Positions 56,301 through 64,000 of a DNA stretch of 64,000 nt are shown one piece after another. Every line of letters begins with the position of its first letter. Position 1 is the stretch's first letter. The stretch is from Lepidodermella squamata (lineage: Eukaryota; Animalia; Gastrotricha). Made by a program: the position numbers and the translations under genes. The notes under the pieces were generated by a model. That model worked only from the letters and a program-made list of their open reading frames with translations, did not search any database and was not told the DNA's origin. The stretch lies in NCBI GenBank assembly GCA_047495785.1, contig JBLDXI010000032.1, forward strand, positions 4,154,001 to 4,218,000, in the 5' to 3' direction.

Positions 56301-59300
56301 ATCAGGCGAAGGGCGGCTTGATAAGAGATAATTGTAGTTGAGCCCATCATTTAGCAACAGCTGCGAGAATATAGTGTTACACGGCCCATCGAGCAGCTCG
56401 ATGTCGTCGAAGGCAATATTACCGTACTGAGTGCAAGAGTAGAAGACGCGGATCATGATCGAATAGTCACGTATAGCGCGAAATTCGAACTGCGCCGTGA
56501 CCCACATCGATTCTGTCGTGCTGGACATGGACAACTTAGTACCAAAATAGTTAGTGTTAGCCGGTCTGAGCAGCCAGTGCATAACTTCAAACGCGACGTT
56601 CATATCTTGACTGTAGCGAAAGCGTAGGCATTGGGCTCTTGATGATGCCTTCATCAGCGGCGAGTACCAATCGGAATTAGTACTCGAGCTTGTACATCCT
56701 GTTACAGCCCCGTCCGAGTTGATTGCATAGTATCCACGGTTGTCTAAAACATTACTGTAATATAGCCCTTAAAGAACTGCGAGACTCACTTCCTAGATTG
56801 AAGTCGAACTCAGGACCTTGACCGCCGTCTTCAACTCCGTAATTGAACGGTAAGCTAAGGCCGGCTGAAACGTCCATATCAGCGGAAATGGCGCCATTCT
56901 GCGTTTCTGTGAAGTCACCGATGACGTTTCGCCAGCCACACGCGTGTTTGTTATCAAAGGAGCAATTGAAGCCGAGGTGTTGGGCCTCAAGTTTGTAGAC
57001 CTCGCATAGGAAACCGAGCGCGAGCCCACTCGTTGAGCCTACCAAGCCGCTGCTGTTAAGGGCCATAACGTTACCGCTGCCCGGCTGATTCGCTGCCCAT
57101 GGCGTATACGACAACGGATAACCTTCGGCATTGATCCACGAGCTGCTCGGCTTAGTCGCGCCCAGCTGTATCGTCGAGCCACCAATGAGGCTCTGCAGGT
57201 AGGCCAGCTCGGCCGCGTCTTCAGGCACGGCGACGCGGGCGTAGAGCCGCGATCGGCAATGCGATCGAGCGTCGATTTCATTAACACCCGTGTATTCGAT
57301 AAACGACATGTAGCACTTGCGCCCGAAGTCTAGCCAGCCACGCGGGCAGGCGACCGGCGACGCACAGCGGCCCTCAGTGATGCGAATATCGTCTATGGCG
57401 ATATCCGAGAACTTATTGGTGCCTGTCGTGCCCTCGATAGCAATCTGATCAGGTGCGCTCAGGAAGAAGGGCGTAGCGAAGAATGCCCATGCTTTTCCGC
57501 GATAAACGCCGCTGCCCGATGCCGCTCGGCTCATCAACTGCTGGTTCGCGTTTAGCACATAGATTCGCAACAGCCCAGAATTTGTATTCGACATGTGGGA
57601 CCAGAACTCGAAACACCGCCAGCCCTGCGGAATCACCGGTGAGATGAGGCGTGCTACCGCGCTACCCCAACCTATCGCATTTCCGTTCAGCAGCGCGTAT
57701 CGATCGAGAGCATCGAGGCGCTCAACACTTTTGCCGAAGCGAGGTCCGGTTGAAAGGCCGCCCGAGCCAGTCGGGGTGGTGTCGTGACGCAACTCCCAAT
57801 CGCCGTCATCAGACACATCCTGGTACCAGCCGCAAAATCCGGTCTCGAAGTTGCAGTTAGTCTCGAGATATCGCCGGGTTGAGTCTCGCATTCGATCGTC
57901 TAAGATGTAAGAATCGCACATAGCCTTGACGCGGCCGACTGAATCAGCCGAAAGTGCTACGCCGTAAATGACTAAGCAGGACACATTAGCGACAAGGCGA
58001 CTTCCATTCGATACTCTGGCGCCGATGTTAAGGCCAAATGTTGAGTTCGCGTTTGGATTGGCAGTTCGCGAGTCTATCCGGGCGCCGTCTTTGTACATTG
58101 TCAGCGTCATTGCATCAGCGTTAAACGCGGCACAAATGAAGTGCCAACCAGCTGCATCCCACGCGTTGGCTACAGTTGCTTTGACGCCGTTGTTGTCGTC
58201 GAAGATAATCGACCTGCCTTGAAGCCACAGCGAAATGCCAACGGCGTTGCCAGCGCTCATAACGTACTCGAAAATCGGCCCGTTCACGTCTGATCTGAAG
58301 GATTGGACGTAGGCGCAGATGGTGAATGAGCGGGTGGCGAGGTTTAGCGAATCGTACGGTAAGTTTATGTACCCATTCGCATCCAGGCCGAGACGGTACG
58401 CTGAATTAGGTGTGCGGAACGGGCCCTCGGTTGGCGTGACTGAAGCTGATTTCGCTATTCCGTGGTCTTCGTTTCCACTAATGTCGAGTAGGCCAGTCAA
58501 AGGCGTCATTGGCCAGAACCCTAGCAGTTCAACGTGCCACGGCGGCGAGTCCATATCCGCCATACATGCAGCTCTTACCTGTTGGGGAAAATCAGGGTTA
58601 ATTATACCTCGTTAATTATGAGCCTCACCTTAAGAATTTGTTGTCTCGTCAAAGCTGAATTGTAGATTGAAAGGCATGCCATCTGGCCAATAAAGGGGCC
58701 GATGTCTGTCGGAACAATGCTTTTACCCATCAAGAAACCGGCCTGTGACGTGGCCGCGGAGAGACTGACCGTGTTTGTAATGTTTACAAGAGCTTCCCCG
58801 TCAACTAAAAGACTCGCCCCATTAGTGCGGGCATTGAAACGAAGGGATAAAAATTTCCAGGTCGAGAATCCGACGCTCTTATTGTTCATCGATGGCCCCC
58901 AATAAACATCCAAGTTGCCATCTAAATCGCTTCCGGATGGCCACAGCGAAAATGAAATGCCACGTCCATTGCCCGTGTCGATAAAGTCAAGCATGCTCTG
59001 CGTATTTGCTGATACCGATTTGACGAACAAGTTGATGGTATACGACTTCAACAAGGTCATCGAGTATGGGAAAGTGACGTAGCTAGTGGCAGTGCCGCTG
59101 AAATTCAGCGCGCGATTCGAAACACCGCTCGGCCCTACGTCCAACGTAATGTTAGTTTGCGACTGCGCCAGCCCGTGATACCCATTTCCGCTCGTGTCCC
59201 TGACAAGGCCACCAGTCAGTGAATTCAGCGGCCACCAGCCGACCAGTGATGAACCGCGCACAAATTCGTATTGCTGGTACAGCTGAAAAATCGTGAAGTT

Positions 59301-61835
59301 TATTCAGGATCGATTTATCTCAAGTAACACAAACCTTCGAACATACAGCTCGTGTTTGAGCGATATCCGCTGCGGATAGTGAAATGTTGTACATGGACAG
59401 GCATGAGAAAGCTCCAGTTTGCAGTCGTGTATCAGTGGGTCTGCGGCCGATTGCGAAGCCGGTAGAGGCCTGAGGTGCTGCCGATGAGCCGTTAGCTGAA
59501 GCTACCATGCTAGTGTCAACATACAAGGCATTGATAGCCGAAGCTAGGTTTATCGTTGCTGACAAATATTGCCAGCGCCTGAAAGTCAAGACAGGAGACG
59601 AAATCGGAGACGACATGCCTTGCGCTGGATTGAGGTAAAGCAGATTTGTGGACGGATTGTTAGCCCACGTGTGGAGAGCGTAACTACTCGAGACATTGTA
59701 AAACTCGACAAGGGGCGCTACTTTATTTGTTTGTGTCCAAATCGAGAATGAGAAGCTCGTAGTGATAAGCGTCGCATTTTGGCAAATTGGCCCGGTCATT
59801 TCGAGGAAGGAGTTGCTGAAGTATAGCGCCGAGGCAGCGTGTCCCGTGGGACCAGTTGTAGTTGTTATATCGCTTGAGAAGTTTGCGGCATTGCAAGTCT
59901 TGATGATATCTCTACCGCGATGGGCTGCAGTCAATGGCCAGAAGCCCATAAGCGACTCGGGCTTGTACAAGCTATAGCGCTCTATAAGAATAAAAACAAT
60001 CGAGCTTCTACCTTGGGAAATAAAAATTGTTTGTACCTTTGGGTATCACCCGCCATAAGATGTTGTATCCATTTGATGCACCAGCCGAATCAGTCACGAA
60101 AACAACTTTTACATCGGTGCCGTAGATTCGAAAAGTGCCTGGGTTGGTTGTGAAGGCCTGATAGAGCGTCCAAGAAAATGGCGTGTCGATATCGCCGACG
60201 TAGAAGTTTAAAAAGTCGTTGTTGCGTAACCGAAATACTTGAGTTACGAATTCGATGGACTCGTAAGCCTGGTCGATATCGATCTGAACCTCACAAACCG
60301 TATTAACAGGGTACGGCAGCGGGAAGTAAGGCGACTTGAGAATCCCAGATTTCGTTGTGTTCGGGAAAATGTAGGGTTGTGGCGAAAGTTCACAGCCGAA
60401 TACTGTAGATATATTCAAAACTCACAACTACCGTCATTTGGGGCGAGTTGGGCAGTGAACAAAAATTACCCCCTGATTTTATTGGATATTTACACGTTTC
60501 CAAGGGTCCTGATTCCGAAAATTCATGTATCTCAATTCGCCCCAGGTATGGGGCAAATTGGGCAGGTGTTTTGGGGCGAATTGGGCAACTTAATCTTTAT
60601 AAATGGATATTGAACAACAGTAATTTGAGATTGTTGAGTGGTCGAGTGGTTATAATGCGCCGCATGTCTGTGGAGGGTGATGGTTCGACTCCCGGATGCA
60701 ACATTTTTATTTGCTTTTTTTTTACTTTATTTTTGATTAATTGATTAATTATTTATTAATAAAATGTTCAAATAATTTTTTTTATATTCCTGGCCCTTCT
60801 CCTGACTGTCCCATGTGGTCGGAGGACGTTTAGAAGGTTCTCATAATTAAATAGACTAATTAAACCAAAAGACCAATTCGCCCCCATGTATGATTTTTCC
60901 ATGGGGCAATTTGGGCGCAATTACCTGGCCATACCTGGGCATCGCCTCGGGTCGCGGTTTTTTTCCATGTCATCACCAAAGGAAATGGTCGAAGGAAAAA
61001 ATGTCATCTGAACTCAAAACCTTTCCATTGGTTACAGATAATTCCATTCAAATGGGTCGTTTTTATCCGCCTAAACTTACCTGTAAAAAGTGTCTTGCCG
61101 TGCCTCATTTTGGGACATAACTAGCTGAAAATTTTTACAGATGTAGGGGGTCTGTTGAAGATTATCTGCCCAAATTTTTTAAGAGATCTGACTTACAGTC
61201 TCTGAGCTATTAAAAGTAATGTGATGACATCAATTTTCGGCCAAATCGCCCCAAGTGCCCATTTCACCCCAAACGACGGTACTATAAACTTGGGTATACA
61301 CAAGACCTACCATATTTCTGGTATGTGTAAGCAATTTTCCATTTGCGAGGCATCGACACCGGATTGAAATTAGCATTAACAGCCGAATCCGAGTACCATT
61401 GCAGGAGGACTTCACCAGGCGTGCGGAAGTTGTTCAGAACATCTGGCGATGTGCCTGCGTATAGGTTAGCCTCCCATATTAGGCTCGATCCTTGCATGAC
61501 TTGAACGTTAAGGCGATCGAGGCTCGACCCATCCAGCAGCCATTCAACAACTCGAAAAGCGACGTATTCGTAACTGTTCACTGTCAGGCGGATTTTGCAG
61601 CCAGTTCTGTCATTTCCGTAATAGTTTGACGTGTAGTTGTCGCTGTGAATATAACCCCATAGGTCTGTCTTCACCGTTCGAGCTATTTCAGCTGGAAATC
61701 CGGCGCAAGCATACACGAGCTGTTGTGCGTCGGTTACATGAGCCAAAAAGCCTGAAAAATACAGCGATTTTATTAAAAAATTATCTTCGCATGATTCATA
61801 CCAATCAGTAACAGGTACAGCATTCGGTCCTTCAT
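53302..61835 (-). CDS. Giant secreted mosaic protein: signal-2xCUB-3xLamG/ConA-like-MAM-C-type lectin-4xMAM-PAN/apple-Cys-rich-fibrinogen-related domain
   Basis: Exon 1 (61835-61802) spliced to 61751 gives signal peptide MKDRMLYLLLIGFLAHVTDA. MAM motifs CxFExxxCGW and DIAIDD; CTL motif CPRGW...CY; PAN motif CISAC...CLSVNY; FReD motifs DC...SGVYLI...VWCEM, YWMGLE, GGWWF. Confidence 0.85.
60431..61279. mobile_element. Non-autonomous TIR DNA transposon (MITE-like, TA target site, Tc1/mariner-pogo type), intronic
   Basis: Left end CCGTCATTTGGGGCGAGTTGGGCA versus reverse complement of the right end CCGTCGTTTGGGGTGAAATGGGCA; TA at 60429-30 and 61280-81. Removing the element and one TA leaves a 57-bp intron. 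Confidence 0.9.
60632..60703 (+). pseudogene. Degenerate tRNA-like / Pol III promoter cassette inside the transposon
   Basis: A box TGGTCGAGTGG, B box GGTTCGACTCC, terminal TGTTG/CAACA pairing and following T runs; anticodon and T stems are defective. Confidence 0.65.
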
Positions 61836-62325
61836 AAATCCAAAGGTAAGATTTATTTTTTTATTTCTGAGAGTGCATAAGATTTCCCGTAAAAAAACCC
61901 GGTCTAAACAGCTCGCGGTTGTTCGCAGCTTGTTGATAAATGATTAATTAGTGCCAAGATTTCTCACCTCGCTCTCTTGTTTATGATCTGTGCGCGTGAA
62001 AAAAACGATGTCGTTACCAGGCAATAGAATCTGGGCGATATTATCTGCTATCAATCGCAATGCCTTGAAAGTGGAACTGAAACCCTTGGGACGGAAATTA
62101 CCAATATTCGACATCTGTAAATCTTCGCATTCATCTTATACTTTCCGATAACGTAGTTTTAAACTTGATTTATTTCTGAGTCAGGGTATTTGACTAGTTC
62201 AATAGACGGATGCCTTTAAAATCGGAGTTATATATTACAATTCGTCGAAAAAAGTAAACAATTCATGGGTATAATCAAAACGTTCAATATAGTTAGACTG
62301 AGAAAATGATTATGCTTGTCATCTT

Positions 62326-64000
62326 TTATCCCAAGCGTATAACTTGCAGGCGCGTCCACTGCAATCCAACTCCCGAGCCCCAATCAGCTACATACATGCC
62401 ATCCTTCGACGTAGTCAAGCTGGTCTCCCCGACACGGTACGGCGCCGTCATCAGTCCCTGGTGACAAGTAGCGTCAGACGAAAACCACCAACCAGCCGAG
62501 CCGCTCTTCGATGGGCACTGGTTCGCGCCAGTTTGATCGGCGTCAATCGTGCTGAATGCCTTATTGTTCATGTTCGTCGTGAAGGTTGACGCAGTAGTCG
62601 TGAAATTTATCTTGTAGTTCTCAGTGCTGCCCCAGATTTGGAATGACGGACTAATCGAACTGGACTCTATCTTCGTGAAGGACGTAGTCGGGGCACTGCC
62701 GCCAAGGAATGTGTACATATACTTGAACTGGGTGGTCAGCCTGTTCATTGCCTCAAGACCTGGTACCAAAACTTAATTTTAGGAAAGTTTAGGGGTTAAA
62801 TGACCAAATTACCCATCCAGTAGTCGCGGTTACTTGCTCCGAAGAAGTTCTTGTACTCATTGAGAGTTCGGCTATGGAATCGGACAAGACCATTCGAGCG
62901 TTGTGCAAGGACTGTGGCGGCAGTTTTGATTTGCGGGTACATTTCACACCAGACCTGAACTGCCGGGGCGCTCATCGCCGGGCGAATCAGGTAGACGCCA
63001 CTCGAACTGTAGCCCATTTTGTAGATCTCGTTGCAATCGATGGGCATCCAACAGCCACGGCCTGGCTCGGCGCATTTGCACGGGTAGATAGTCGCCGAAC
63101 CCGTGCGAGTGCACGTATCCGTGACCGTGCAGTTCGGTGAATCATGCATGCAAATGCTCGACCTCCGCTGTTGGGTGGAGAATTAAAATAAAAATCGATA
63201 GTCCGACAATCTCAAAAGCCTACCATATCCTCCTCTTGGAATGAAGACAGGACGCTGACGTAGGTCCAGTCGGTCGAGCTAACCGAGGCGTCGTTGTAAG
63301 GGTCCATGTTCATGGTGGCGTCGTTCAACGTGCAAGACGAGTTGCTCACTCTGTAGTTGACCGACATGCAGCCGGGTGTGTCCTTGCAGACGCTGATGCA
63401 ATGGCTGAGGGATGGCAGGGTGATCGGCTTCGCAGTCATGTTGTGCTGCATCAAAGCATGGCCTGGCCAACGAGTTAACGGGTAGATGTTGCGCTGTGGC
63501 ATGCCAAGCGTATCCCCCGGGCATGCGCCCTCAGTTATAGTCAGATCGTCGAAGGCAATATCGCCGTACGACGACTGACCTCTCGTAGCTTGAATTCTCA
63601 TCTAAACCGAAATTTAATTATCACACAAATTACCAAGGAAAATTATAACGAACTTGGAAATCAGAAACCGAGGCAACAGTGATTTCGAAGCGTTGCCAAT
63701 CGCTGCCGGTTGATCCCCCCTTGAACTTGATCAGCCGCTTGTCGTCCTTGAAAACCTCGATTTGTCCGAGCATCTTGCCCTGCATGTTGTAGACCATGCG
63801 GAAGCAGTGAGTACCAGCCGGGATGAGCGGCGAGATCAACGCAGCCCGGTCACCGGCCACGGTCGACATTGCTGGCAGGTAGATGTAGTAGCCACCAGCA
63901 TATGCTCCATTCGAGTCACCCTCTGGACCACTTAGTGGGTTGCCTGTTGTGATTCCTTGGTTGATTACGAAATCAGCTGATTCGGTCCAGTCCTGATACC
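62326..64000 (-). CDS. 3' part (MAM-PAN-Cys-rich-fibrinogen) of a tandem paralog of the mosaic gene; 5' part lies beyond the window
   Basis: Exon-for-exon similarity to 53302-54970 (MHDSPNCTVTDTCTR, FFGASNRDYWMG, MTAPYRV, GLQW). Confidence 0.9.

Noticed and set aside
60632-60703. Functional tRNA (possibly Asp-GTC-derived)
   Set aside because: The anticodon loop is only about 4 nt and the T and acceptor stems are broken; kept only as a tRNA-like cassette.
1-64000. CRISPR array, rRNA or prokaryotic defence system
   Set aside because: No repeat-spacer arrays or rRNA-like sequence; spliceosomal introns and animal domain content show the DNA is eukaryotic.

Overview
Compact animal (invertebrate-type) genomic DNA with GT-AG introns of about 48-60 bp and tightly packed genes, so most short ORFs in the supplied track are exons or antisense shadows. 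In order along the window: (1) the 3' part of ORF1 and an intact APE+RT ORF2 of a LINE; (2) a MULE-derived FAR1-like/SWIM gene lacking the catalytic core; (3) a type II membrane GT-A-like glycosyltransferase; (4) two paralogous small secreted proteins that only become recognisable after splicing; (5) a KLHL10-like BTB-Kelch gene; (6) five intronless GT92 glycosyltransferases in A-B-A-B-A order; (7) the first of two paralogous unknown proteins; (8) an array of 11 intronless minus-strand genes for disordered proteins with one C-terminal membrane anchor and phosphatase-docking, PY and sorting motifs, the best candidate for an undescribed system; (9) a CUB/LDLa trypsin-like protease head-to-head with the first of two double-astacin genes, where 3 of 4 domains lack the zinc motif and one intron hosts tRNA-Leu(TAA); (10) an NCLX-type exchanger; (11) two long-chain acyl-CoA synthetases; (12) a giant secreted CUB-LamG-MAM-CTL-PAN-fibrinogen mosaic gene whose intron carries a TA-flanked non-autonomous DNA transposon with a tRNA-like Pol III cassette, followed by the 3' end of a tandem paralog. 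All family assignments come from motif reading and manual splicing; no database searches were run.
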